From Planctomycetaceae bacterium (lineage in GTDB: Bacteria; Planctomycetota; Planctomycetia; Gemmatales; Gemmataceae), in NCBI GenBank assembly GCA_013823135.1, contig PNLP01000018.1, positions 19,541 to 83,540 on the forward strand: DNA of 64,000 nucleotides, in the 5' to 3' direction. The position numbers and the translations under genes were made by a program. The notes under the pieces were generated by a model that did no database searches, was not told the DNA's origin, and worked only from the letters and a program-made list of their open reading frames with translations. How positions within the stretch are numbered: position 1 is the stretch's first letter; every line of letters begins with the position of its first letter. Shown here one piece after another: positions 45,286 to 53,950 of this stretch.

Positions 45286-46439
45286 GCGACGGCTCCCTTC
45301 CGCTGAGTGATGGCAATGGCTCCGATGGTGGCGACCAGGAGAAGGGTGCCGGCCAGTTCAACCGCGAGTAAGTGATCCGTGTACAGCAGGTAGCCTAGGT
45401 TGCCGACGTTTCTCGCGGGCAAGTCGCCAACCCCGGCCAGGAGCAGGGTCTGGTCGCGGAGCGTGCGGAGTTCGGCCTTCACTGTGGCACGGTCCGGTTT
45501 GCTGTCGAACAAGTGATTCACAACCGCGTCGTAGGCTTTCTCGTTCTGCTTTCGGACTTCGGCCGTCTGGCGGAGCACGCGGAGCGACTGTTGATCGCCC
45601 CGGAGCGGCGTCACTTTCTCGCCGACTTTTTCGAGCCGTGTGGCGATCGAACCGTACTGGCTGATGACGGTGTTCGAGCCGGCCACGGTGGCGATTTGAT
45701 CTTGCACGCCCTTGAAGTAATCATCGACCCGACCGCGTTCCGCAATTGGGGTGGTATCACCGGCCAGTTGCTCCTCGACCGCGTCCAACTTCGCAACCGC
45801 AGCGAGGAGCGTGTTTCGTTCTTCGAGCGTGAGCACCTGGGCCGGCAAACGCTGTGCGATCTTCGGGGACTCGGCAGCGCTCGCGGCTTGTGCCCCACCT
45901 TGCGAGAGGTAGAGCGAGAACAAAACCAACCCTGTGAACGCGAACCCGGCGAGTGCGCCGAGTAACGGTTCACGGCTGCGGTTGTTCTCGTCGGACGGCC
46001 CGCCCGCGTGCGACAGCATCAGCACGAACAGGAACGTGACGATGATCGCCCCGGCGTAGATGATGATCGTCGCGGCCATCAGGAACGGGGCGGCGAGTAG
46101 CAAGAACAGCCCACACGTGCTGAGGATCACGAATGCGAAGGCGATGGCGCCACGGCCCGGGTTCGATTGCACGACCAGCGCGGTTCCGAACAAGAGCGCC
46201 CCCGCCGAGAACAGGCAAAACAGCACGGTGCCGATGATGTCCGGCATCGGCTGGCCGTATGTCGTGTAGATCCACGCGACGAAGACGGCCGAGGCCGCGA
46301 TCAGGGCCGCGATTCCGACCGCAACCTTCCGACCTTTCGGCTGGGGAAGCAGGAAGGCGAACCCGACAATCGCAAGCACGGCCGCGAGGGCGATCTGCCC
46401 GGCGGATTCTTGCATCGGCGATAGTGCGAACAGGTTCAT
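45282..46439 (-). CDS. nuoJ: NADH-quinone oxidoreductase subunit J, expanded (385 aa)
   Basis: Conserved TM3 IIIYAGAIIVTFLFVLML and terminal TM AVELAGTLLLVATIGAIAI. Two extra N-terminal TMs and a ~155-aa soluble insert lie between TM4 and TM5. Confidence 0.8.
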   Translation of the reverse strand: MNLFALSPMQESAGQIALAAVLAIVGFAFLLPQPKGRKVAVGIAALIAASAVFVAWIYTTYGQPMPDIIGTVLFCLFSAGALLFGTALVVQSNPGRGAIAFAFVILSTCGLFLLLAAPFLMAATIIIYAGAIIVTFLFVLMLSHAGGPSDENNRSREPLLGALAGFAFTGLVLFSLYLSQGGAQAASAAESPKIAQRLPAQVLTLEERNTLLAAVAKLDAVEEQLAGDTTPIAERGRVDDYFKGVQDQIATVAGSNTVISQYGSIATRLEKVGEKVTPLRGDQQSLRVLRQTAEVRKQNEKAYDAVVNHLFDSKPDRATVKAELRTLRDQTLLLAGVGDLPARNVGNLGYLLYTDHLLAVELAGTLLLVATIGAIAITQRKGAVA

Positions 46440-46515
46440 TCAGGGCTCGTGCAATTTTTCACAAGCGGACATGGAAGGTATATGACGCGCTGGCTTCGCG
46501 GCAGCCCCCATACAC

Positions 46516-46581
46516 CGTTTAGCCGCGACCTGAAGGGGAGCGCGGTCTGGGCCTCGCTCCCCTTCAGGTCGCGGCTAAACG
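46516..46581. repeat. CGTTTAGC...GCTAAACG-family hairpin, perfect 27-bp stem, nuoI-nuoJ junction
   Basis: cgtttagccgcgacctgaaggggagcg (46516-46542) pairs with cgctccccttcaggtcgcggctaaacg (46555-46581) across a 12-nt loop. Confidence 0.9.
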
Positions 46582-46588
46582 ATTTATG

Positions 46589-47155
46589 TCACGTTCCCGG
46601 CGGGGCATCCGATGCCGCACCAAGCCGGCCGGCGCGAGTACGAACAGGGTCTGTGCCGGCTTTCGTGGTCTGGTCGAACACGCTCAGCAACTTCTCTTTG
46701 TCGAAGATCATCTCTTCGCGGCTCAACCCGGTGAGGTCGTAAAGCGTCGTGAGTTCGATGGCGTCCACGGGGCAAGCTTCCTCGCACATGCCGCAGTAGA
46801 TGCACCGAAGCTCGTCGATCACAAACGTCTCGGGGTACTTCTCGCGGTCCTTCCACTCGGTCGGTGCGGGAGCGGCGACGATGTCGATGCAGTGAGCGGG
46901 GCACGCAGTGGCGCACATATAGCACGCCACGCACTTCACGCGGTTGTCGTGGTCGCGGTTGAGCCTGTGGACGCCACGATAGTTCGCGGGCATCTTCGGT
47001 TCCTGCTCGGGGTACTGCTCCGTCTTCACCTGCGGGCTGAAGATGTGACCGATGGTCGTCTTCAACCCGTCGAGCATGGACGGAATGTACAGTTGCTCCC
47101 AGAAGCCCAGGCGGGCTTCCGCGACCCACGTCACGTCGGATTCGGGGATTGGCAC
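46589..47155 (-). CDS. nuoI: NADH-quinone oxidoreductase subunit I
   Basis: Two ferredoxin-type motifs, CVACYMCATACP and CIYCGMCEEACP. GTG start. Confidence 0.9.
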   Translation of the reverse strand: MPIPESDVTWVAEARLGFWEQLYIPSMLDGLKTTIGHIFSPQVKTEQYPEQEPKMPANYRGVHRLNRDHDNRVKCVACYMCATACPAHCIDIVAAPAPTEWKDREKYPETFVIDELRCIYCGMCEEACPVDAIELTTLYDLTGLSREEMIFDKEKLLSVFDQTTKAGTDPVRTRAGRLGAASDAPPGT

Positions 47156-47170
47156 GGTGAAAACTCCATT

Positions 47171-47233
47171 CGTTTAGCGGCGGCCCCAACGGGACCGCCG
47201 GATCAGTGACCCCGTTGGGGTCACTGCTAAACG
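47171..47233. repeat. CGTTTAGC...GCTAAACG-family three-way element, nuoH-nuoI junction
   Basis: Outer stem cgtttagc/gctaaacg. Inner hairpins ggcggccccaacgggaccgcc and agtgaccccgttggggtcact. The first is the exact reverse complement of the hairpin at 60930-60950. Confidence 0.85.
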
Positions 47234-47234
47234 G

Positions 47235-48467
47235 CTAACTCGCGTATGTCACGCCCGCAGGAATGCCCGCGGGCAGTTTCACAACCTTGCGCTTCGGGTT
47301 CGTCACCGATCCCGCGGTCCACACCGAGAACAACCCTGCCCCGACCACCAGCACGCCCGAGGTCACGGTCAGCACCACGAGCGGCGCACCCAGTTGCTTC
47401 ACGACCATCACGCAGATGAGGTTCATCAGCGCCAGTGGCAGCAGCACCTTCCACGCGATGTTCATGAGTTGGTCGAACCGGAAGCGTGGGATCGTCCACC
47501 GCACCAGTTGAGCGAAGATGCACAGAGCGAACATCTTCCCGCACAGGATGGCCAGCTTGATGACTGCCGCGACAATCGGGTCCGCGGAGACTGCTTCGAG
47601 CCCGAAAAAGCTCCAGCCTCCGAGGAACAACACCGCGAGCATGAAGCTGCCACCAACAAGGTGGACGTATTCCGAGAGGAGCATCAGCCCGAGCTTCAGG
47701 GCCGAGTATTCCGTGTGGTAGCCGCCGACGAGTTCCTGTTCCGCTTCGGGAAGGTCGAACGGCAAGCGGTTGGCCTCGGCGTAGCTGCTGGTCATGAACA
47801 GCACGAGCGCGAGCGGTTGGAACAGGATCAGCCAGTACGTGCCGTTCGCCGTTTGCCACGCGACGATCTTCTCGGGGTTCAACGAGCCGCAGATCAGGAA
47901 CACGCCGATGACCGACATCCCCAGGGGAATCTCGTAGCTGATGATCTGAGCCGATGCTCGCAGCGAACCGAGCAGCGAATACTTGTTGTTCGCACTCCAG
48001 CCCGCGAGGATCACGCCGTAAACCGCGAGCGAGCCGACCGCGAACAGGTACAACACGCCAATGTCGAGCCCCGGATTCAGCACGAAATTGAAGTGCGACT
48101 GATACTCAGCCTGCTTCAGTTCGTACTCCGCCACGCTGCCCACGACGGGGTCGGGTGCTGGCGTGGTCGATCCAAACGGGATCACCGCGAGCGTGAGCAA
48201 CGCCGTTCCGACAGCCACGGCCGGAGCCATGATGTAGAAGAGTTTGTCCACGTGGTCCGGGATCACTTCTTCCTTGAGGAAGAACTTCCCACCGTCAGCC
48301 ATGGGCTGGAGCATGCCGCCGGGGCCGACGCGGTTCGGGCCAACGCGGTCCTGCATCCACGCCGAGAGCTTGCGTTCGGACAGCGTGAGAAACGCGCACA
48401 GCCCGAGGACGCCGCCGACCAGGCAGACGATGACGATCGCGGTGTAGAGTGGATCGAATGGGGGCAT
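47235..48467 (-). CDS. nuoH: NADH-quinone oxidoreductase subunit H
   Basis: SERKLSAWMQDRVGPNRVGP, GWSANNKYSLLGSLRASAQIISYEIP, YAEANRLPFDLPEAEQELVGGYHTEYS. ATG 48467. Confidence 0.9.
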   Translation of the reverse strand: MPPFDPLYTAIVIVCLVGGVLGLCAFLTLSERKLSAWMQDRVGPNRVGPGGMLQPMADGGKFFLKEEVIPDHVDKLFYIMAPAVAVGTALLTLAVIPFGSTTPAPDPVVGSVAEYELKQAEYQSHFNFVLNPGLDIGVLYLFAVGSLAVYGVILAGWSANNKYSLLGSLRASAQIISYEIPLGMSVIGVFLICGSLNPEKIVAWQTANGTYWLILFQPLALVLFMTSSYAEANRLPFDLPEAEQELVGGYHTEYSALKLGLMLLSEYVHLVGGSFMLAVLFLGGWSFFGLEAVSADPIVAAVIKLAILCGKMFALCIFAQLVRWTIPRFRFDQLMNIAWKVLLPLALMNLICVMVVKQLGAPLVVLTVTSGVLVVGAGLFSVWTAGSVTNPKRKVVKLPAGIPAGVTYAS

Positions 48468-48480
48468 TGGCAATCCTACG

Positions 48481-48507
48481 AAGCCCCCGATTGCAATCGG
48501 GGGGCTT
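48481..48507. repeat. hairpin in the nuoG-nuoH spacer
   Basis: aagcccccgatt gc aatcggggggctt, a 12-bp stem with one bulged G. It occupies most of the 39-nt spacer. Confidence 0.7.
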
Positions 48508-48512
48508 GGAAC

Positions 48513-50216
48513 TCAAACTGTCGGCAACTCGAACCGAACACCGTTCGTGGGCAGTTCCTTCGCGGCGAGCCCCGCAAAGAACGGCACCGCCTTCGCCAGT
48601 TCCGCACGAATCGCGGCAGCCTGAACAAGCCCCTTGCGACCGAGCATGTCGAACGCCAGTTGCAACTCGGTGCGGATCTCTGTCGGGGGCTTTACGGACC
48701 GGACGAAGGTTTGCGCCAGACCCGCGTGATTCACGTACGTGCCGTCTTTCTCGAAGCTCGTGGTTGCTGGCAGCACGAACGTCGCGTCGGCACTCAGCGG
48801 CGTCGCGAAGATGTCCTGCACCACCAGCAACGCAGGCGACTTCCAGCCTGCCACGTCCACGGCAGCCTTGTCTGGGTAGCCACCTGCGAACCACGCGGCT
48901 GTGATGCCCGTTGTCGCGCTCGCCAGCGGAATCACGCTCCCCTGGAAGTGCTTCAGAATCGCCTCGACCCCGCGACGGTTCGGGCACTTCTCGGCGCGGA
49001 TCACGAACTTCGTCGGCTCGACCGCGTTCCCCTTCACGTCCTTGGGGTACTTGTCGTCTTGCCCGACGACCGGCACCGGCCCGAGGACGAGCCGCACGTC
49101 GGCAGACAAACCCTTGAAGTAGGTCGCGAACAGGAACGCTTCCTCGACCGTGAGGAACGGCGACAGCACGCCGATGACCGACTTCGCATTGTCCGTGGCA
49201 GCCTTGGCGAACGCTTGCTTGAGTTGCGGCGTGACGACGTTCCACGGGGCCGGCTTCAACGCGCCGTCGGCCTTCGCCATCGGCCGCTGCAATCGCTCAG
49301 TCGAGTTCGCGAAGTGGTAGCCGTACCGGCCTTCATCACAGATGAAGTGCCCCTGTGCTTCGGGGTTTGTGCGTGCCCGCAACCGGTAGACGATGTCCTT
49401 GTTGGAATCGACGTGGATGCTGCAACCGGTGCTACACCCCGAACAAACGCCGCTGCTTTCCTTGAGGTACCACACCCGTTGCTTGTACAGGAAGTCCTTG
49501 CTCCCGAGGGCACCGACGGGGCACAGGTCGACCACGTTTCCGGCGAGCTTGTTTTCGAGCGGGCGGCCGGGGAACGTGTCGATTTCCTCGTGGTGGCCGC
49601 GACCGTTCACCATCAGTTCGGCGGTGCCGCTGATCTCGCGGGTGAACCGCACGCACCGCGTACACATGATGCAGCGATCGGTGAACAGCGTGATCTTGCT
49701 GGAAAGGCCCGGCTTGTTGGCGGGCGTGTTCTTCACGTCCACCATCCGCGATTCCGATCGGCCATACTTGAACGAGAAGTCTTGCAGCTTGCACTCGCCG
49801 GCCTTATCGCAGACGGGGCAATCAAGCGGGTGGTTGATGAGCAAGCCTTCGAGCGTGTCGGCCTGGGCTTTCTTCGCTCGGGTTCCGGGAGGACCGACCT
49901 TCAGGTAGTTCGCGTCATACGGCCGAGCCGGGACCGAAGCGTCGCGCTTTTCGTAGTCGCCAGTGACGATGGTCGTGCCGTCGCGAACGGGCGTCTGACA
50001 CCCAGGGACAACCTTCGGTTGCATCGTCAGCACGCCGTCCTTCGGGTTGACGTCGCCAACCTCGACGAGACACATGCGACAACTCGCGACGACCGACAGG
50101 GCCTCGTGCCAGCAGTAATGCGGTACGAACTGCCCGGCCAACTCCGCCGCCTGGACGCAGTTGAGCTTCTGGGTGCCGATCTCCACAGGCTTGTCGTTCA
50201 CATAAACCGTCGGCAT
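48513..50216 (-). CDS. nuoG: NADH-quinone oxidoreductase subunit G (short, 567 aa)
   Basis: 2Fe-2S CWHEALSVVASCRMCLVE. HPLDCPVCDKAGECKLQD. CIMCTRCVRF...DLCPVGAL. Confidence 0.9.
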   Translation of the reverse strand: MPTVYVNDKPVEIGTQKLNCVQAAELAGQFVPHYCWHEALSVVASCRMCLVEVGDVNPKDGVLTMQPKVVPGCQTPVRDGTTIVTGDYEKRDASVPARPYDANYLKVGPPGTRAKKAQADTLEGLLINHPLDCPVCDKAGECKLQDFSFKYGRSESRMVDVKNTPANKPGLSSKITLFTDRCIMCTRCVRFTREISGTAELMVNGRGHHEEIDTFPGRPLENKLAGNVVDLCPVGALGSKDFLYKQRVWYLKESSGVCSGCSTGCSIHVDSNKDIVYRLRARTNPEAQGHFICDEGRYGYHFANSTERLQRPMAKADGALKPAPWNVVTPQLKQAFAKAATDNAKSVIGVLSPFLTVEEAFLFATYFKGLSADVRLVLGPVPVVGQDDKYPKDVKGNAVEPTKFVIRAEKCPNRRGVEAILKHFQGSVIPLASATTGITAAWFAGGYPDKAAVDVAGWKSPALLVVQDIFATPLSADATFVLPATTSFEKDGTYVNHAGLAQTFVRSVKPPTEIRTELQLAFDMLGRKGLVQAAAIRAELAKAVPFFAGLAAKELPTNGVRFELPTV

Positions 50217-50240
50217 AGCACGGATATCCGAAAAGAAATA

Positions 50241-50270
50241 TTAACCACAGAGGCACCGAGACACAGAGAA
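50241..50270. repeat. left terminal inverted repeat ttaaccacagaggcaccgagacacagagaa
   Basis: Read directly from the sequence. Pairs with 50713-50742. Confidence 0.85.
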
Positions 50271-50322
50271 AACCAGAGACACTTATATGGCTACCGGGTT
50301 CTGCTGAACGATCCTGTTGATC

Positions 50323-50760
50323 TCACAGCACCATCCGCTTCAATCCATTTACCAGCACAGGGACATTGAAGTTAATCAACAACCCCACATGCGTTTTGCT
50401 TAACCGCAAATAAGTCAGGAGCTGCGCTTCGTGAACTGGAACGAGCTTCTCGACAGCTTTCAGTTCCACAACGAGTCGTTCGGGGAAGTACAAGTCGATG
50501 ATCAGGTCGTCTCCAAGCGGTACCCCTTTGTAAAGCAGTGGCAGCCGGGTTTGTGGTTTGGCTGGGCAACCACGCAATCGAAGTTCTTCCTCCATGCAGC
50601 GTTGGTAGATGGACTCGAGCAAACCCGGACCCATGATCCGGTGGACTTCAATTGCGGCACCAATCACAAGTTCAGTTAATTGGTCTTTGTCTTCCACAAT
50701 TGGTCTCCTGATTTCTCTGTGTCTCCGTGCCTCTGTGGTTAATCCTGTATTTCGTAACAC
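50323..50760 (-). CDS. GxxExxY protein (PD-(D/E)XK-like small protein family)
   Basis: ELVIGAAIEVHRIMGPGLLESIYQRCMEEEL contains the GxxExxY signature (GLLESIY). The size and C-terminal VELKAV...QLLTYLRLS..GLLINF pattern are typical. The N-terminal ~25 aa are translated inverted repeat, so the true start is uncertain. Confidence 0.75.
   Translation of the reverse strand: MLRNTGLTTEARRHREIRRPIVEDKDQLTELVIGAAIEVHRIMGPGLLESIYQRCMEEELRLRGCPAKPQTRLPLLYKGVPLGDDLIIDLYFPERLVVELKAVEKLVPVHEAQLLTYLRLSKTHVGLLINFNVPVLVNGLKRMVL
50713..50742. repeat. right terminal inverted repeat ttctctgtgtctccgtgcctctgtggttaa
   Basis: Its reverse complement, ttaaccacagaggcacggagacacagagaa, differs from the left arm at 1 of 30 positions. 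Confidence 0.85.
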
Positions 50761-50767
50761 TTACCAC

Positions 50768-52135
50768 TCAGTGTGCTCCCACGACCTCCAGCGATCGTGC
50801 GTACTGGCTCTTTGCACCGCTCTTGATCGCGGCTTCGAACTCCGCACGGAACTTGCGGATCGCGGTCTTCACGGGCCAGCCAGCACCGTCGGAGAGTCCG
50901 CAGATCGTCGTGCCGGGCATGATGCCGATGCGGTCGGCCACGTCCACGAGGATGTCGAGGTCTTCCTTGCGGCCCTGACCACGGCGGAGGCGATCCACGA
51001 TCTTCAGCATCCAGCCGGTGCCTTCGCGGCACGGGGTGCATTGCCCGCAACTTTCGTGGCTGAAGAACTGGCAGACGTTGTGCAGCACGTCGACCATGCT
51101 GGTCTGGTCATCGATCACGGTGACGGCCGCGGTGCCGAGGCCGAGGCACTGCACGCGACCGGGACCGTTGAAGTCCAGTGGGATGTCGTATTCGGTTTTC
51201 CCGTCCTCACCCTTGAGCGGGGCGTTCACATCCACGAAGCCCATGCTCAGGCCGCCGGGGTTCACGGCCTTCGCCTTGCGACCCTTCCACACGCCGCCTC
51301 CGTGCTTCTCGACCAACTCGCGGATCGTGACCCCCATCGGCAGTTCAACGCAGATCGGCTTCTCGACGTGCCCGGCGAGGGTGTAGAGCTTCGGGCCGTA
51401 GCTGCCGGCGTCGCGGGGGTTCTTCGGGTCGGGTGGCACGCCAAGCGACTTGAACCACTCGTTGCCGCGTTTCATGATCTGCGTGACGCACGCCATCGTT
51501 TCGACGTTGTTGACGATCGTCGGCTTGCGGAACGCACCCTCGACGGCGGGGAACGGCGGCTTGATGCGCGGCCACGCCCGCTTCCCTTCGAGTGATTCGA
51601 TCAACCCGGTTTCTTCGCCGCAGATGTACGCCCCGGCCCCGCGGTGTACCACGATGTCGAGGTCGAACCCGCTACCGAGGATGTTCTTGCCGAGGAGCTT
51701 CGCGGCGTAGAGTTCGTCCACCGCGGACTGCATGCTGCGGAACGAGTCGCCGTATTCGTAGCGAACGTAGAAGTACGCACACTTCGACTTGATGGCGTAG
51801 CACGACAGCATGATCCCTTCGATCACCTGGTGCGGGTCTTTCTCCATCAGGATGCGGTTGTTGTACGTGCACGGCTCGGACTCATCCGCGTTCACGCACA
51901 GGTAGATCGGCCCCGGGTGGTTCTGCGGCAGGAACGTCCACTTCAGCCCTGTGGGGAAACCCGCACCGCCGCGACCACGCAGCCCGGAATCCTTCACCTG
52001 TGTGGTGACCTGTGCCGGCTGCAATTCCTTGAGGGCACGCTCGAACGTGGCGTAGCCACCGTCGGCGCGATAGCCCTCCAACTTGCCGCTGTTCGGCTTG
52101 TTAATGCGGGCCAGGAGTATGGGTTCGTATGGCAT
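50768..52135 (-). CDS. nuoF: NADH-quinone oxidoreductase subunit F
   Basis: GLRGRGGAGFPTGLKW, YLCVNADESEPCTYNNR, ESCGQCTPCREG, TICGL. Confidence 0.95.
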   Translation of the reverse strand: MPYEPILLARINKPNSGKLEGYRADGGYATFERALKELQPAQVTTQVKDSGLRGRGGAGFPTGLKWTFLPQNHPGPIYLCVNADESEPCTYNNRILMEKDPHQVIEGIMLSCYAIKSKCAYFYVRYEYGDSFRSMQSAVDELYAAKLLGKNILGSGFDLDIVVHRGAGAYICGEETGLIESLEGKRAWPRIKPPFPAVEGAFRKPTIVNNVETMACVTQIMKRGNEWFKSLGVPPDPKNPRDAGSYGPKLYTLAGHVEKPICVELPMGVTIRELVEKHGGGVWKGRKAKAVNPGGLSMGFVDVNAPLKGEDGKTEYDIPLDFNGPGRVQCLGLGTAAVTVIDDQTSMVDVLHNVCQFFSHESCGQCTPCREGTGWMLKIVDRLRRGQGRKEDLDILVDVADRIGIMPGTTICGLSDGAGWPVKTAIRKFRAEFEAAIKSGAKSQYARSLEVVGAH

Positions 52136-52139
52136 GATG

Positions 52140-52622
52140 TTACTTCAACTTCAATTCGGTGATTAACGCATCGGCTCGCTCTGGGGTGACGTTCATCACG
52201 TGCACGTCTTCCTTCAAGCAGGCCGGGGCGCCGTCGCACGCACCGATACACTCCGCGAACTCCAGCGTGATCGTGCCGTCAGTGGTCGTTTGACCACACT
52301 TCACGCCGAGCTTGTGCTCGCAGTGCTCGATCAGTTCGTAAGCCCCACGCAGCATGCACGCCAGCCCGCGACACACCCACAACCGCGTCTTGCCGTTCTT
52401 CTCACCTTCGCCCTTGTAGAAGGCGTAGAAGGTCATCGTGTCCTGCACTTCGGACGGGTGCAGTTCGAGGATCTCGGCGATCTCGACGATGGCCTCGTTC
52501 GACACGGTCCGCAGTTCGTCGTGAACGAGGTGCAACGCCGGCAGCGTCGCGGCCTGCTTACGCGGGTACTTCGGGAGGAACGCCCGAATGCGGTTCTTCA
52601 TGTCTTCGGTGAGGGCTGCCAT
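52140..52622 (-). CDS. nuoE: NADH-quinone oxidoreductase subunit E
   Basis: VCRGLACMLRG ... CIGACDGAP, a thioredoxin-like 2Fe-2S motif set. Confidence 0.9.
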   Translation of the reverse strand: MAALTEDMKNRIRAFLPKYPRKQAATLPALHLVHDELRTVSNEAIVEIAEILELHPSEVQDTMTFYAFYKGEGEKNGKTRLWVCRGLACMLRGAYELIEHCEHKLGVKCGQTTTDGTITLEFAECIGACDGAPACLKEDVHVMNVTPERADALITELKLK

Positions 52623-52627
52623 CTTCG

Positions 52628-52712
52628 AGTTCTCAGTTCTCGGTTGTCAGTATTCAGTCAGAAAATACCGAGTCGTGATCGACTGATAACTGATTACTGA
52701 ACACTGACGACT
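52628..52712. repeat. AT-rich degenerate palindrome built from TCAGT/ACTGA units (nuoD-nuoE spacer)
   Basis: The left half agttctcagttctcggttgtcagtattcagtcag faces ctgataactgattactgaacactgacgact. Markedly AT-richer than its surroundings. Confidence 0.55.
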
Positions 52713-53940
52713 AACGATCCAACTCCGCCGCGATGATGTTCAAACTCCCCAACACGGCGGGCACGTCCGAAATCTGGTGCCCTTCCATCAGCTGTGGGAA
52801 CACCGCAAAGTGGATGAACGACGGCGGCCGTGTCCGCGCCCGGAACGCCCGACCGCCACCATCTGCAACCAGGTAGAAGCCGAGTTCGCCGTTAGCGGTT
52901 TCCTGCGCACCGTAGACTTCTTCGACCGGCGTTTCCCAGCGGCGGTTCCACATGAACAACTCGAAGTGCTGAATCAACCCTTCAATGCTGCGGTACGTTG
53001 CGTTCTTGTCCGGAATCGTGAGTTTGTCTTCGAGGTTCACGTTCACCGGCCCGCCGGGGATGTTCTCCACGGCCGCGTGGATGATCTTCATCGATTCCGC
53101 CATCTCACCCATGCGGACGAGGTAGCGGTTGTAGCAGTCGCCACCCTTGCCGCAGACGACCTTGAAGGACGACGACAGATCCTTGTACGCCAGGTAAGGC
53201 TCGTCCTTCCGCAGGTCTCGGACTACGCCCGCGGCGCGCGCAACTGGTCCCGTGCAACCCGTGTTGATCGCTTCTTCCTTCGAGAGAACGCCGATCCCCT
53301 TGGTGCGATCCACGAAGATGCGGTTGCGGTTCAGCAGGCCCGTGAGATCGGCGTGAGCCTTCGGGAACGTCTTCACGAAGTCGCGAATCTTGGCGACCAC
53401 ATCGTCTGAGATGTCGGCCATTAATCCGCCAACCCGGCAGTAGCTGGGGTGGAACCGCTGGCCCGACGCGAACTCCATAATGTCATACACCTTCTCCCGC
53501 TGGTTGAAGGCGTACAGGAACGCAGTGAGTGCCCCGAGGTCGAGTGCTGCGGCACCGACGCACAGCAAGTGGTCGCTGATGCGGGCCAACTCCGCGAGGA
53601 TCGTGCGGAGGTACTTGCACCGCGGCGTGATCTCGATGTTCAGCAGCTTCTCGACCGTGTGGAACCACGCGCACTCGTTCGCGAACGGACTGATGTAATT
53701 CATCCGGTCAACGACGGTCACATACTGATTGAAGTCGAGGTCTTCGCCGAGCTTCTCGAACCCCGAGTGCAGGTAGCCGATGTCCGGCACGGCCTTGACG
53801 ATGGTCTCGCCGTCGAGCGTGAGGATGAGGCGAAGCGTGGTGTGCGTGGCCGGGTGCTGCGGCCCGAAGTTGAGGGTGTAGAGGTACTCCCGGTCTGCAC
53901 CGGCGACGTCTTCAACGGGAGTGGCGGTTTCAAGTGGCAT
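52711..53940 (-). CDS. nuoD: NADH-quinone oxidoreductase subunit D
   Basis: NFGPQHPATHTTLRL, DIGYLHSGFEKL, DRMNYIS, and the C-terminus LGSLNIIAAELDR. Confidence 0.95.
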   Translation of the reverse strand: MPLETATPVEDVAGADREYLYTLNFGPQHPATHTTLRLILTLDGETIVKAVPDIGYLHSGFEKLGEDLDFNQYVTVVDRMNYISPFANECAWFHTVEKLLNIEITPRCKYLRTILAELARISDHLLCVGAAALDLGALTAFLYAFNQREKVYDIMEFASGQRFHPSYCRVGGLMADISDDVVAKIRDFVKTFPKAHADLTGLLNRNRIFVDRTKGIGVLSKEEAINTGCTGPVARAAGVVRDLRKDEPYLAYKDLSSSFKVVCGKGGDCYNRYLVRMGEMAESMKIIHAAVENIPGGPVNVNLEDKLTIPDKNATYRSIEGLIQHFELFMWNRRWETPVEEVYGAQETANGELGFYLVADGGGRAFRARTRPPSFIHFAVFPQLMEGHQISDVPAVLGSLNIIAAELDR

Positions 53941-53950
53941 CGTCGCTCCT

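Larger units (their letters stand above)
50240..50743 (-). mobile_element. IR-bounded cassette carrying the GxxExxY gene, inserted in the nuoF-nuoG spacer
   Basis: 30-nt arms at 50241-50270 and 50713-50742 are reverse complements at 29/30 positions, with weaker pairing ~10 nt further inward. A single ORF lies inside. The host spacer is 551 bp, versus 150 bp or less at the other nuo junctions. Confidence 0.55.

Noticed and set aside
47394-50369. 991-aa ORF on the plus strand
   Set aside because: It lies entirely antisense to nuoH and nuoG, which have unmistakable motifs. Its translation is low-complexity and R/E/D/H/Q/V-rich with no domain. This is a typical stop-poor shadow frame of GC-rich DNA.
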